The position numbers were made by a program, and so were the translations under genes. Under the pieces are notes generated by a model. The model did not search any database. It had not been told where the DNA came from and saw only the letters and a list, made by a program, of their open reading frames with translations. Below, in pieces: positions 50,244 through 63,932 of a stretch of 64,000 bases of DNA (the stretch's first letter is position 1; each line of letters begins with the position of its first letter). The DNA comes from Felis catus (taxonomy: Eukaryota): the NCBI RefSeq assembly GCF_018350175.1, contig NC_058368.1, positions 4,030,001 through 4,094,000 of the forward strand, read 5' to 3'.

Positions 50244-51639
50244 AAGGAATGGAGTATGATGTATTAAGAAAAACCTGACAAAGCCGTGAATCGAAAAGTG
50301 AACGTAGAAACAAACCTCTGGTTCTTCTCACCCCCACCCCCGCTAGGGTGGGCTTTTCAACTAAAAAATGAAAAGATAGTTTCTCCTCTTTCACCTTTCC
50401 CTCACAGGGAAAAGAGTCTTGTATAACTGATACCATGGAACTATGGACAACATAACATTTTTATTTCCAGAGCTAACCGTAAAGAGTTGTTGCCCGGGAG
50501 GGTAGGGTCAGACAGAGGCAATTCCTGCCAGGGTTTTCTGTGTAGAATTTAGACAAGAGGTTGCAAGTTGGCAATAAGGCTGGTGACAGGAGCCAAGCCA
50601 GCAAGGAAGGCAGAGCGGCAGGCTGGAGACAGCCAGGCCCCGAATGGTGTCACTGAACAACCGAACCAATGCCAACCACAGCCTAGACCTCTGCTTATGT
50701 GGGAAAAACATTGAGATCTTAACCGGGAAGGCCGATATCTGTGTCTTTCCTTTTATTTGCAGAACAAGAAATGTGGCTGATCTGACAAAAACAACACTTA
50801 ACGCAAAGTCTGCCCTGCCTGCCTCAGCAGGTTGGTATCTGAATTAAATGAGCTAATGTGTCTATAGACACAACAGTAAGATAAGGTGTTTTAATGCAGT
50901 GCCCAGCCCGTGACAGCTGCCCAAGAAATGTGTGTTGATTTGACACACAACTCCCATGAAGCCAATGGTTTGCTTGCGAGTTTTTGTTTGTCTTTGTTTT
51001 TTAAAATAAAAGCAGATGAAAAAAAAAAGGATTGGAAATCAAAATATTTCTATTTTTCGATCCAGGGAAACAATAGCACATTTTTTTTTCACAAAGAGGA
51101 GAGAATATTATTGTTTGTGAATTCGCAACTTTCATCTAAATGTCAATTTCCATGTCCTGACACATTTTGGAAGAGGGATTAAGCAAGTCGAGGAGGGGTT
51201 CCCAATGCCATGCTGGCCCACATAACTCAGGGAAGGCTGAAGTCCCTTTGATCAGCTCATTTGCTGCCTCCCTTTGTGTCAACCAGGAGGAAGCTACGGG
51301 TCCATGAGGATCCGTGGAAATGAGAAAAAATTATGTCAGGCGCCCAGTGAACCTTGGAAGGTCATCAATGACCATCTCTGTGCCTCAGGCCAGCCAAAAT
51401 CTAAACCATCCATGGGGCATGAGGACTCGCCTGAGCTGTCAAGCCACCTGCTCCCCATTAATCAGGATGACATCTGGAGTCAAACGTACCCTCTTGAATT
51501 CTGGAAAGCATTCTGGTGCGTGATGACGGCATTTCTCCTTGGATCATGGAAGTGAAGTGTATTTAGTCAAGTTGCAATAGTAACAATGCCTTCATGTGAA
51601 TCTTGGAGAGCTGCCCCCATTCTCTGTAAGGCCATTATA

Positions 51640-52020
51640 CAGGGGGCAGGTGAAATAGGTGAAGGGGCTTACAAAGGGGATTGAACTTCCAGTTATAAAA
51701 TAAATAAGTCACGAGCATGTAATGCACAGCACAGGGAATAGAGGTGTTTTTTTTTTTATTTTATTTTTAAGTAATCTCTATACCCAGCGTGGGGCTCAAA
51801 CCTACAACCCTGTGATCAAGAGTCGCGTCCTCCACCGACTAAGCCAGACAGACGCCCCGCGAGAAGAGCGTTACTATTGTACTAACTTTGTGTGGCGAGA
51901 TGATAACTAGACTTATTGTGGGAATCCTTTCATAGTATATGCAAATATTGAACCACTCTGATATACACCTGAAACGTATAGGAGCATGTCAATTATATTT
52001 CAGTTAAAAATTAAAACAAA
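51640..52020 (+). mobile_element. L1 3' end (L1MA9-like) interrupted by a short SINE
   Basis: aacttccagttataaaataaataagtcac..acagcacagggaata..tacacctgaaac..atgtcaattatatttc. Confidence 0.85.
51747..51858 (-). mobile_element. Short tRNA-Lys-derived SINE
   Basis: tRNA-Lys-like body followed directly by an A tail. Confidence 0.88.
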
Positions 52021-52253
52021 ATAAGACACTTCAAAATTCCTCCCCCCAAAACCTTTACTGGTTTGTGAAGAACTGTTTGCCGTAATCAGTGAAGTGAACC
52101 CTTTCACTTCACCACTTTTAAAAAGGTCCACCTTAACTGGAGAGAGTTATCACAGTGGCTAAGCCCAAAGACTGTCCCTCGACTGAATGTCTAACTTCAT
52201 CATTTAGCTGTGTGGTCTTAATGCAAATTACTTACCCTCTCTGTCAAAAGGGA

Positions 52254-52811
52254 TATATTAATCCTGTTTTTTATTTTGTATGTTTTAGGATACTTTGACG
52301 TCTCGGGGGCCTGGCTCGCCAGGGGCGTGACCACCCCTTCCTGGGTTAGCTAATTCCTACAGATAGCAAGCTGCTTCCCTCAGAGTACGACTTTCCTACG
52401 CAAACCAACTAATCCAGAGCCCATATTCCCCAACGCCTCCTTTATCACACTCTGTCACACCAAGCCAGTATTTCCCTGGCCCCACATCACCCAAGAGCTA
52501 GGTGCTGGACGACTAGAGACGCCCTCTATAGACAAAGCCGATCAAAATTATTCAAGGTATCCCATCCACATCTGCTCAAACTGGCCTACTCTGCCTTACC
52601 CATTCCTTCTCATCCCCATAAAAACCATTGTAAAGACTCTGGGCCTCCACACCTTCTTCCCGTTGACCCTGGGACTTCTCTTTGTGGGCCTCTGTGGTGT
52701 GGCGTGCCCCTCCTCTTGGAAACTGTGAGAAATAAAACTTTTTTCAATGGCATTGATCTGTGCTGTCGCTTGAACACCTCTATCAGTTAAGCCCTGGGCA
52801 CAAATGAAACA
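52254..52811 (+). mobile_element. MER74-like ERVL solo LTR inserted in a MIR
   Basis: tatattaatcctgttttttatttt..agctaattcctacagatagcaa..aaaccaactaatccagagccc..aataaa..tgaaaca; flanking ggga direct repeat. Confidence 0.8.
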
Positions 52812-54368
52812 GGGAATGTTGAAGGTTCCCACCTCTAGGGCCAGTATGAGCATTAAGCAACTGAAAGCCTGTAGAGCATCCAGAGCGATGCTGGTGCTTC
52901 GTATGCCTGTCATGGGTTAGCTGTTACTAACTGGGCCCACGCTGCTCCCTGGATGGAGTCTAGCACGACTCCTCACTACCCCTGCCCGGGTCCAGGCTCC
53001 TCTCCATCCCTGTCTTATGATTGCAGTCTCCCTGCCTCCAACATCATGTCTCGCTGCACTGTCCTCCTTACAATAACCTTCTTCCTCCTCTCTGATTCCC
53101 AGACTCCTAAAAGCCTGCTGTCTGGTAGACCAAGGCCAAGAGCGCACACTTCTTCCCGAGAGGGCCTGGGCTGGCCCAGGCACCCACCTCCTCCTCTGCC
53201 CAGCACACGCACCTGTCCCAAGGTGCCTTGAGGATTCAGTCACGCGCCTCTCCAAGATACCAACAGAGGCATTGAATAGACTACTCCCCACGGTACCATT
53301 TTGGACACAATCGCCACAAAAGCCGCCAATAATACGGATGCGTCTCCTGGGAGCCAGTGCTTGGCTCACTTTCATTGAGATTTTCCTTCTTAGTACAACT
53401 CTTGAACCCGGTACCATTTTACAAGTTAGACAACCATTGTACGGAGAATTTAAGTCATCTGCCAAAAGTCCTGACCGCTGGGGGGCCGAACCATATTTCC
53501 AACCCAGAGCTACCCGACCCTTAGCCGTGCCCCTATCACATTACTTACATGAGCCGCTTTTGATATTGTTGGGATACTGTTGACCATTATTGTTAGTCGT
53601 GTGGTTCTTATCGCTATTGCTGCTTCTAGATTACTGGCCAACATCACAGAGGTACGTTTTTTATCATTCCAGGTATCCTTCCCACCAACAAAGAATCAGA
53701 CTTCTAGCATAAGCAACAATGGCCACCTCCATGTGGAATGCTAGCAAGTTAGAGTTTTCTTGTGAAGACTGGTTTCATAATTTACCTCACCTCTAGCGTG
53801 TACTGTTTATTGTAGAATCACTCATGCTTCAATACCATTTTTTTTTCCACTGAGAGAATAATTCTGGAAGTGAAACAGCAACGACTCTCCATGTATGAAC
53901 CAGATGGAGGACTGTTAGCCAGTTCCCAAGGAAAAAAAAAAAAACCTTCCCATTCTGTCATAATATTTTCCAGTTAATTATCTAGTTCAATTATCAATCG
54001 ATAAATATCAGTTATCCAGTTAATTGTGGAAATTGAATGGCCTGATTTACTAATTAAATTTTCTAGGCAAAAATATAAAACTCTATGGGTTTTCTAGGCG
54101 CGACTACTCATCTTGTGTAAGCGTAAAAATTATTTTATAACAAGACTAAGCTGATAAAAGCATTTTCACATGCGGCCAGGGTTGGATTCCGGCCTTTGTT
54201 GAAGCAATTTATTTTATTTAGAAAATTGTTCTTTCCATACGGGCATTCAGGACCTCCTCTGACTCAAGCCCAAGCACTGAAAGATGATGCCTGGAAAGGC
54301 AGCACGCCACAAATAAGCAGTTAAAATTCTAAGATAAGCTGTAAAGACTAATTACGGTTAGAAAGCTC

Positions 54369-54553
54369 GGCTCAGTCGGTCAAGCATCCACTCTTGATTT
54401 TGGCTCAGGTCACCGTCTCTCAGTCCAGAGATGGAGCCCCACGTGGGGCTCCACACTGAGTGTGGTGCTTACTTGGGATTCTCTCTCTCCTCTCTCTCTG
54501 CCCCACACCTGCTCGTGCTCTCTCTCTCAAAATAAATACGTAAATATTTAAAA
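54369..54553 (+). mobile_element. 5'-truncated older Can-SINE
   Basis: TSD agaaagctc. Confidence 0.92.
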
Positions 54554-54673
54554 AGAAAGCTCATAGATCTCTAACTGATAGAGCGATTTCTTTAATCCAT
54601 TTTTCCAAGGGAATAAACCAGGTTCAGACATGATGTGTTGTAAAGCTCATGGCCAGATAATGCAGACAACACA

Positions 54674-54853
54674 TTTTTTGTTTTAAGTTTATTTATTTTG
54701 AGAGAGAGATAGGGAGGGGCAGCGGGAAGGAGACAGAGGATCCCAAGCAGGCTCTGCACTGACAGTGGGGCTTGAACTCGTAGACCATGAGATCATGACC
54801 TGAGCTGAAATCAAGAGTCAGACGTTCAACTGACTGAGCCACCCAGGTGCCCC
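54674..54853 (-). mobile_element. Older Can-SINE
   Basis: Reverse-complement body with internal deletion. Confidence 0.92.
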
Positions 54854-55902
54854 CAGCCAACATGCTGTTATAATGCTTAGCATGAACACTGCTTGAACGG
54901 CAAAATTCACCCAACGTTTCTTATGGCCTTCAATATGCCAAGTGCTGTATCAAGCCTTAGGGTGAGTGAGAGGAGAGACACATTGCTATGTTCAAAGGTT
55001 TACAGTCTAGTGGGGGAGCTGAGCATGTAAAAGTTTAAAATACAAGGTGATCATGATATATATGATGGAGGGACCATTGGGGTGCCTGCCGTGGGGCTAT
55101 AGGCGGAGACCTAATTCAATGTGAGTGGCTGAGAACCATCACCAGGGCAATTCTTACCCATTGATGGGTCTACAGACCCTTTGGAGACAGGACGATGCAT
55201 TTTCCTTCTCATGTGTATACAATCCCCACCCTGCACACTGTTTAACGTGCCTCTCCAGCCTCAACTCTGAGCACGCTCACTTGCTTACGTCCTGCCACGC
55301 TGACCTCTTCTCCTGCCCCAAACACCCTGCCCGGCCTCTCTTAGGCAAGTTCCCTCACACCTACCGTCTTCCTTCTATGCCCCTCTTACCCGATCTTTTT
55401 CTCACCTGCAGGTCTTTGCCAATGTCACTCCCACGTGATGTGTTGGGCCACACATCAACCCTCACAGGAACAAAGGGGTCTCTGGACATCCTTGGTCTGG
55501 GAAGCCATCGCTGGCTCAGCCAAGACCACATGGGTGCCCTCTCTCTGCTTCCTCAGCTGCTCAGTGACCCAGCCCTCTCTTTTCTGCCCCAGCCCAGGGG
55601 TGGATTCAGCGACCATGCCACCAGTGCCCAGGATAGATTCACTGTAGACATGCAACAAGTAGTAATAAAGGCAGCTTTTCAAAAATTTATATAAAAATTC
55701 CGTTTCCACTTAAACAATTATACAAACAGAATGGCATGTCCCTTGAACTCCCATAATTCTTTATCGAAAATGCACACTACCAGGGGTTCAGGTTTATTCA
55801 CATCTGTAAACTAGAAGATGCTAAAACCCCCCAGTTTCCAAGCACAGGGTGACTCTCAGAGTATTCGAGGGGTTTAATGTCTCTAAAGAACTTTTGTGCA
55901 AT

Positions 55903-56052
55903 GGGGCGACCGAGTGGCTCAGTCGGTTAAATGTCCGACTCTTGGTTTTGGCTCAGGTCACGATCTCGTGGTTTGTGAGCTTGAGCCCCATGTTGGGCTC
56001 CTCCTCTCTCTCTCTGCCCCTCCCTCTCTCTCTCTCAAAATAAAAAAAAAAA
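55903..56052 (+). mobile_element. Can-SINE with internal deletion
   Basis: Head, (CT)n, A tail; degenerate TSD. Confidence 0.9.
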
Positions 56053-56212
56053 AACACTTTGTGCTATATTGGGTATAGCATATGTACAAGGCATTCAGAT
56101 ATTAACCAACCTTTTTATATGATGATAGTAATGATTATGAAGTGGGACAAAATGTACTTGTCAATTGTGAATCAGTACACAAAAGTGAGGGACCATGAGC
56201 ATCAGGACTCTA

Positions 56213-56355
56213 CCAGGCCTAGGACCCCTTGGATACCCCGTCGTGTCCGGTTAATCTCAGACTATCGTCCCTCCTTCTCTCCAGGCCTAGGACCCCTCGG
56301 ATGCCGCCCTGTGCCCGGTTAATTTAAGACTGTTGTCCCTCCTTCTCCCCAGGCC
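56213..56355. repeat. 68-bp tandem duplication (about 2.1 copies)
   Basis: ccaggcctaggacccct... at 56213 and 56281; 56/68 identical by hand count. Confidence 0.93.
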
Positions 56356-57920
56356 AAGCCTAACCTAGCTGAACACCTTGCAGTGCCCAAGAAAAATCCC
56401 CCCAAGTGAAGAATGGCTCTAAGTTCAGCAACAAACAACGATTAAGACAAGCATCAAGGCCACTGTAAAGCTTGACATGCTCTCGCCTTTCCCAGCTTGG
56501 TGATTGCTTCTATTTGGGACTTCCCGGCCAGCCCACCACCACCACTGATGAGCTAGAAATGTGTGCTCCCAACATAAGGGGGGAAGGGCGGGGGGCACCG
56601 TGTTCATCATCCTCACCAAACACTAGAGCACAGAGAGGTGGTTCAGCCCCTGGGAGGAGCTTGCTTTATGGCCAACTGCCTGAGCTGACTCCAGACGCTG
56701 CCTCTTCCCAGCTGTGTGAACTTGAACATGTATGCTAGCATGGCTTCGATGCTTCTTCTGAAAGATTCGACAACAATAAAACTTCCTTTGTAAGATATTT
56801 TGTGAACCCTAAGGGGGCTAACAGTTTTCTGGATCAGAAAAGTGCCTAGTGTGCAGAAACCGCCCGATACATTTGCTGTCATTACCAGCACCATCATCGT
56901 TCAGCTGTTTTTCAGGAAACTAACTCAAACTAGTGTAGGCAAAAACTTGGGCCTCAGGAGTATAGAAACCAGAGCTGGAAATGCCACAAGGACTCCCTCT
57001 TCGTCTTTCGTCTCTGCCCCTCTCTTTGGCCGAGCTAATTCTCTTCGAGTGAGACACTCCCCACTTGGGCTCCTGGGTTTGCTCCGGCCAATCCCCATGG
57101 ACAGGACATGGCATTGAGGACGATAGTAGCTCTCACTCAAACCTGAAATAAAGGAGCCTCTTGAAAAGGGACCCTCTTGCACCCAGATGAGTCCGTTACC
57201 ACGCTCACTGCCGGCTTCTACAGAAGCATTTCTATAGGAGACAACCCCTTCCCCTTCTGGAACACTCTTCTTTCTCATTCATTCGCCCTCACATCTGTCT
57301 GTTACCCTCCTATCTATTTAAACAAATATTTAATCACATTTCTGCAAGGTGCCAGGTGCTGTGCTTCGAGGTGGAATCGGAGATGAAAAAGACATAGCCT
57401 CTCAAGACTCTAGATCTCCTTTTCTCCTTATAGACGACGACCTGGCCAGAACACATCCATTGGTTAATAAGAGAGAAACTGCTTCTGCCCAAAGATTGAT
57501 GCCTGGCCATGCTCCCTCTGAAACAATGAAGACGGCAGCTGTTGCCCCACAGAGGCCACCTTGTCCATCAGACGGTGACTTCCGAAGGCCCGGGAGCAGC
57601 TGCCTCCACTCACGGGTGACATGTGACATAATTCAGGGAATCCTACAAACGACGACGGGGCAAGTGTTGGTGTAACCTCACCATGAATGAGTGTTTGGAA
57701 TGTGCTGAAAACACGAAGCCCAGGTCTGTGACGTACAAACAGCTGCAGAGTCAGATGAGCCTGAGAGAAGCATGTGAGAGGTCAGACTGGAGAGCCAGAG
57801 TGAGGCCAACCCCTGGCCCCCCTTCTACAGCCTGCCCCGAGTTCATCCTGGGCCATTTCCTTCCCTCGCCTCAGCCTTCTCCCCTCTGTGTATCACTTTG
57901 GAACACTTCTGGAGGTCCCC

Positions 57921-58266
57921 TGCTCCGGACTGAATGTTTCTGTCCTGCAAAATCCGTACGTCGAAGCCCTAATCCCCTCCATGTGATGCTATTTGGGGGA
58001 GGATGATATTTGGTGGCTTTTGAGAGGTGATTAGGTCATGAGAGCTCCGCCCTCAGGAATTAGAGCCCTTACAAGAAGAAATGCGTCAGAAGTTTTCTCT
58101 CTCTCTCTCCACCAGGTAAGAGCACAGAACGAAGGCTGCCATCCCCAAACCGGGAGCTGACCTGGCATCCTGATCCCAGACTTCCAGCCTCCGTCACTGA
58201 GAAACACATTTCTGTTGTTGAAGCCTCCAGCGTGTGGCATGCGTTACAGCAGCCCACTCTAAGACA
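57921..58266 (+). mobile_element. MLT1A-like MaLR LTR
   Basis: ggactgaatgttt..aggtgattaggtcatgag..gacttccagcctcc..atttctgttgttgaagcc..ctaagaca. Confidence 0.88.
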
Positions 58267-58504
58267 TGTCCCTCTAGTGCCGAGGCTGAGGTGGGTGCTG
58301 GGGTAGAAGGAAAAGCAAGAATGGCCTCCTGCCCCAGACCAGCATGGATCGCCCCTCAGGAGAGGCACACAGCCTGAAAGATGGTGTGGAATTCAGAAGA
58401 GTGGCTTTTGCGCCTCAAAATATGACTCAACTGTGATGTTCATTTTTAAAATTAATGTTTCATTAAAGTTACAAATTTTAAAATTTAATTTTCCTTTAGT
58501 TTTT

Positions 58505-58701
58505 GTGGGTTTTTTTTTTTGCAAGTATTCTGTTCTTTTTTAAGTTTACTTATTTATTTTTGAGAAAGAGAGAGAGACAGAGAGGGAGAGAGAGAATCCC
58601 AAGCAGGCTCTGTGCTGTCAGTGTGGAGCCTGACATGGGGCTCGATCTCAAGGACCATGAGATCATGACCTGAGCCAAAATCAAGAGTCGGGCACTTACC
58701 C
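58505..58701 (-). mobile_element. 5'-truncated Can-SINE
   Basis: Perfect 18-bp TSD aattttcctttagttttt. Confidence 0.94.
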
Positions 58702-59675
58702 AATTTTCCTTTAGTTTTTAATCCAACTTCCAAATCTTACTATTCTACAGCCATGAGTGGCGTGACTCTAGCAAAGCGAACTCTGACATCTCATTGAGAC
58801 CACCATAAATAGTTCAAACTTAATTATAAATGTGAAATGTTCACTTTTTTAAGTGCTACAATAAACAAAATCTTCTTATTTAAATAGCTCCTACAAATCT
58901 TATAAATGTAATGATTCCTAAGGTATCGTAACTGTCTATCATGTTAGTAAGACTTCAGTATAAAACAGCAAGTCAGAGTGAACCAGTCAATGGCAAATTT
59001 TTAATAGAATCACAAAGCTAATCCATTGCTTTGGGACACCAAGCTCTTTCAAACATTACAAATCCTTAAAATGTCAAACATACACAATTAATTTTCCAAA
59101 GGTCAACTACAAATACCACATGGTTGATGCATTTCACCTCCTTAAATATTTCTGTATGTCACACAACTTTCTCAGGATTAAGAGATGCTTATCCACTAAG
59201 AAGGCAATGGTTATCAACCCAACATTTTGGATGTGTTCTCCTCTGCTTGCTGAGGGTGCATAACAAAGGAGATGTGAGCTAAGCCTGAGCCCAGAGGATT
59301 CACAGGTCTATTTTCCTAAGATCTTGAGTACCAGGCTGAGCCATACAAAATGAACTCTACGCCTCAAAGAAAGGGTGTTCAGGAAGCCCACATTCTTGGA
59401 TCTGCATTTGACGCATCCACTTACCTTTACTTTTAATCGCTCATGGAAGTCTACAACTGCCAATCAGGATGCTACGCTACCTAATTAGATTTTGTGTCCG
59501 ATTTCCTAATTGGTTAAGGTTATATCTTTCACGTCTGGTAGAATAACAAACACTAAGAAAGCCTTGTGGAGAGAGAGGGGCCTGAGCTATGTTTAGAGAA
59601 ACCTCCTCACGCCATTTTCTGGCGCCTCATGCCTGCTTGATGTCTGCTCACTGTCCAAGACCCCACCGTGGTGGC

Positions 59676-59841
59676 CCAGGGGGATGCTAGAAGCAGCCGT
59701 ATACATCCCCTCCTAGTGCTGTGCTCAGCAATATCACATTGGTAGCTTTAAATCGGCCACAGTGAAAGTGTTTACTCCATGAAAATAGGCAGATGCTACT
59801 AACAAGAGCCTTCAGGAAGCTAGTTGTCACTTACCAACACC
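59676..59841. mobile_element. MER63-like hAT relic
   Basis: gctcagcaatatcacattggtagctttaaatcggccacagtg..tttactccat resembles the recalled MER63 end. Confidence 0.5.
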
Positions 59842-60300
59842 CAGTAGTCTCCCGCCTTATCTGTACCTTAGCCTTCATGGTTTCAGTCACCCGCCATCAA
59901 GCCTGGAGGCAGATGATCCTCCTGTGACGTATGGCCAGAAGGTCAACAGTAGCCTAACGTTACATCACGATGCCTGTCATCCATTGCACTTCATCTCATC
60001 AGGTAGGCATTTGATCATCTCACATCATCACAAGAAGGACGAGCATAGAGTGGTAAGATATTCTGAGACAGGGAGACCACATTCAGATAACTAATATTAT
60101 AGTATATTGTTATAATTGTTCTATTTTATTACTAGTTGTTATCATTAATCTCTTACTGTGTCTAATTTATAAATTCAACTTTATCATAGGTATGTCCGTA
60201 TAAGAAAAAATTCGTATATATAGGGCTCAGTACCATCCACAGTTTCAGGCACCTGCTGGCGGTCATGGAACATACCCCCTATGGATAAAGGGGGCTACTG
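59842..60300 (+). mobile_element. MER44-like TcMar-Tigger element
   Basis: TIRs cagtagtctcccgccttatc ... ggataaagggggctactg followed by TA. Confidence 0.88.
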
Positions 60301-60671
60301 TACTGTTGGTGGTACTCCAGTCAGGCTTGTGACCTCTGGTCAAGCTCTGTGTTCTAGGCCAATCACTTGATTATTCTCTTCTTCCAACCAAATTTGGTTT
60401 ATGCCAAGTGGGAGTATTCCAAAGCTTTGTACTACTTTCTTTAATGGAAAAGACTAACCTAATGATGGATAAACTATCAGTAACAGGTGTTTACAGGCAA
60501 GCTGAGAGAGGACTCTTCCATAGCACAGTGAGAACATAATTATAATTTTTTAAGTGTCACCCTTGCTTTCCATGATACTTTCTCCAGTATCTTTTTGGTT
60601 TTATTGGTGATCATAATCTTTAAAAAAAAAAGTGTAAACGTATTACTGTCTTTAAAAAAAAAGGCCACTTA

Positions 60672-60887
60672 GGGGGTGCCTGGGTGGCTCAGTCGGTTAA
60701 GTGTCCCTCTGTTGGGTTTCGGCTCAGGTCATGATCTCATAGTTCGTGGGTTTGAGCCCCGCATTGGGTTCTGTGCTGACAGTGCAGAGTCTGCCTGGGA
60801 TTCTCTCTCTCTGCCCCTCCCATGTGCTCTCTCTCTCTCGATCTCAAAATAAATAAATAAGAATTTAAAAATAAATATATAAATTTT
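60672..60887 (+). mobile_element. Can-SINE
   Basis: TSD aaa(a/g)aggccactta. Confidence 0.95.
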
Positions 60888-61049
60888 AAAGAGGCCACTT
60901 ACAAAATGAAGAAAAAGAAATCTCGGTAACATCACTTTCCAGAGACCCCTGCTATTTCATATTTTGGTTTTCCCCCTCTCTATTTTCTAGCTATCCATAT
61001 TTTCACATAGTATTTAAATTCTAGACACAGTTATCATGCTTTTCACCAA

Positions 61050-61570
61050 GGACTTCTCCAGCCTCAGTGAACATACTTGACGCCAAAGCTACCTGACCTC
61101 TCTGGCCACCAGATTCAAGGGTAGCCTGTTCTTAGACTGAGTAAGGACCTCTGAGCTGGGATCTGACTCAAAAAGACAAGCTAGGCCAATCAGTCTAGGA
61201 GTTTGGAATTGGGAGACTGAGAACTGAAGCCAGTGAGTAATGAAGCTGAGATGAATGGATATGAAATATGGCAGAAGCTAAGAAGAACCTTTTGGGCTAC
61301 ATGCACACTGAAATCCTGAGACAACAAAAACCACGTTTAAGGAGAAGAGGTTGGCATGATAGAGAAATACAGAAAAGGCATGCAAGGACAGTGAGAAAAT
61401 TCGGCAGCCCAAAAAAGGAGACTTACGCTCATTGATCTTCCAGATTCAATCTCCAAGAGACCTGTCTTTCTTCCTGAGCTTTGATTCTCATGAGACTTCT
61501 GAAACATACTTCAAGCCCCCTTTATCCAAGTTGGGTCAATGATACTGGCAACCAAAAGAGACCCGATGCC
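61050..61570 (+). mobile_element. Old ERVL/MaLR-type LTR relic
   Basis: aagctaggccaatcag..ggagtttggaattgggagactgag..gcaaccaaaagag end; family uncertain. Confidence 0.5.
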
Positions 61571-63932
61571 AACCATTTAAATTTGAATTGACAATTTTGT
61601 ATTGACTATTCTAAAGTATTTCCCGGGTTATTACGTATGCTTTAAATACATAGTTTTAAATGGCTAATCGTATTTCATAGTACAGATACATGGGGTAAGA
61701 AAGCTGAAGGGCAAGGAAGTTGACCGTGATGCTATTAAAATTATCCCATAGGTACTAAGAAACCTGTGGTTGCCCAAATGATTTAGGAAAAGCTCCAAAA
61801 ATTTTTAAGAATCTTTTTACCCACACCGAAGTGGTGTCAGCTCATAGATTGACATCAATATGTAGTACACCCCTGGGCCAGCTCTGAATAATCTGAGCTC
61901 CACGCTCTTCAAAATATTATAGTAGGTTTGGAAATTGGGAAAAAAGGTTAATCACCTTTCCTCACTCAAATTGTATCTACATGTACCTAGAAAAAGCTTC
62001 TGTAGCTCCTTTCTCAACATAATAGGATAGTTAGCCTTTCTAGCTCCAAACTCGTAACCTCACACTAATCGTCCCACAAAATTATACCCATACAATATTA
62101 CCAAATACGGACAAGAGAGAACACCCACAGGTAAAACTTAAAAAAACAAACAAACAAACAGAGGCATCTATGAACATGAACTAGCCTTTCTTTGAGTGCT
62201 TTGCCTTATGTTTTTTTCAGGGAACGGATGATGCTCTGATGTAGCTAAACCACCGATGAGGTTAGGGACTTAAAGTTTTACTATTTATTTAGTATTATTT
62301 AGAAATGATCACGGGCCCGTGTAATTCAAAGGCTAGTTCTGGGAAAATGGGATATCAGGTGTGTAAAAGCATTTAATTACATTTTAAGCAATTTACAAAT
62401 AAAATGATTTCCTTTTGCTAGAAGGTCAAGTAAGGGAAAAGGTCTAGTGACCAGAACAGGCTGAAATCTCACAGACTTGGATTCAAATTCTATTTACTTG
62501 ACCCTGAGAAAGTTCCTCACTGCTCTGCACTTGGGTTTCCTCATCTGTATTGCAGTGTTACTGATATATTATGTATTTCATCAAAGTTAAATGTATCCTG
62601 TATGAATAATGCCTTCCTCACCAAGTTAATGAGAAGATTCAATAGGACTTGTGATGTGTCTGCAATAAATGTGGTCTAGTAGTGGTAAGAAAAAAAAGGT
62701 GGGGGGGAGCACTTTCCAAGTGGTCTTGCTCAGAGGTTTGATCATTCTTTCTACTACTCCCCTAGTTTCATTTGACCTTTATATTTTTTGGCCAGCACGG
62801 TGTTTAATAAGTAATTGCCACATTGAAAAAACATTGTCAACATTCAAAAGTTGGAAGGCTTCACTTACAGTCAGATTTCTGGCTTCTCTTGACAACTGGA
62901 AGATCTGTGAACACACTGACCCATATTCTCGAATGGCCGATGGTCAACAATGGGCGCAGGCTGGGAAGCAGAGGCTCCTCTTTAAATGGGTTATGTTGGC
63001 TTTAGCTCATCACAGTGCTGATCTGACCTACTTCTCCCTCACTTACATTTACTGCCCGGAACGGGTCTTGGAAATAAAGATAACGTTTCAAGCAGAGTGG
63101 CAGGCCGATGGATGTTTTTCTGGCATAACGCGGGCCTTCCTGAGGGGAGTGTTGACACCCTCTGATAACACAACGCGTTGCCCGGATGATAAAACTACAG
63201 CCCTTTCTAAAACTATTCACTCCAATGTCCTGAATCTCCAGGCCAGGCCACAGATTAGATCAGCATGCACACAGTGCTTTCTCTTAGACAGAATCACAGA
63301 CTCCCTGGGATGAGAGGAACCTTCGTATAATCTGGCCGAGGATCCACGTACTGCTTGAAACCTCTCTTCAAACATCCTTGCCGGAGATTCCCAGGGATCT
63401 TCAAGCAGCTGAGATGGTATCATCACCTCCAAAGGTAGCTCTTGTGACTCCTGAGACCCTCTTCATAAGCTGGACAGAAATCTGATGTCCCTGATATCTC
63501 ACCAAACGTGTACAGCGGTGCAACCTGCAGAGTTCAACCACAAATGAACTCTCTTCAATGAGAGTCCTCCGCAGGACTGCGTTATTATTTCTGTCGTTGC
63601 TTCTTTACAGATGGGGACGTGGAGGCTCAGAGAAGTTGCGTGGCTTAGCTCAAGTCACAGAACGATGACCAGTAGTGGCAAGAGGTGGTTTCCTGATTCA
63701 AATGTCGATACTCTTGACGTAGAACCATCAGTCTAAGTCGCTTTCCTACGAAATAATACTGCACCTCTAATTTCTCTTTTCCGTAATACACCTTCATATG
63801 TTTCAACGCAGGTAGGATGTCTCCCATGAGCAGCTCCTGCTTCTAGGTAAATAGCCCACTTCCCCTGAATCCAGACTCATGTGACAAAGTTTCTACACTC
63901 CTCACCATTCTCATTTCCCTTCCAAACACGAT

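Noticed and set aside
55125..55694. 189-aa ORF
   Set aside because: Pyrimidine-rich, L2-like degraded sequence; no domain recognised.
2056..60935. Many ORFs resembling MAQSV..SSPASGSVLTAQSLEPASDSVSPSLS or FIFERERQS..GAEREGDTESEAGSRL
   Set aside because: These are translations of Can-SINE copies, not a gene family.
61218..61228. miR-146-like start TGAGAACTGAA
   Set aside because: The match stops after 11 nt, no hairpin is evident, and it lies in an LTR relic.
62669..63313. 214-aa ORF
   Set aside because: No recognisable domain or convincing splice boundaries; starts in MIR-like sequence; probably chance.
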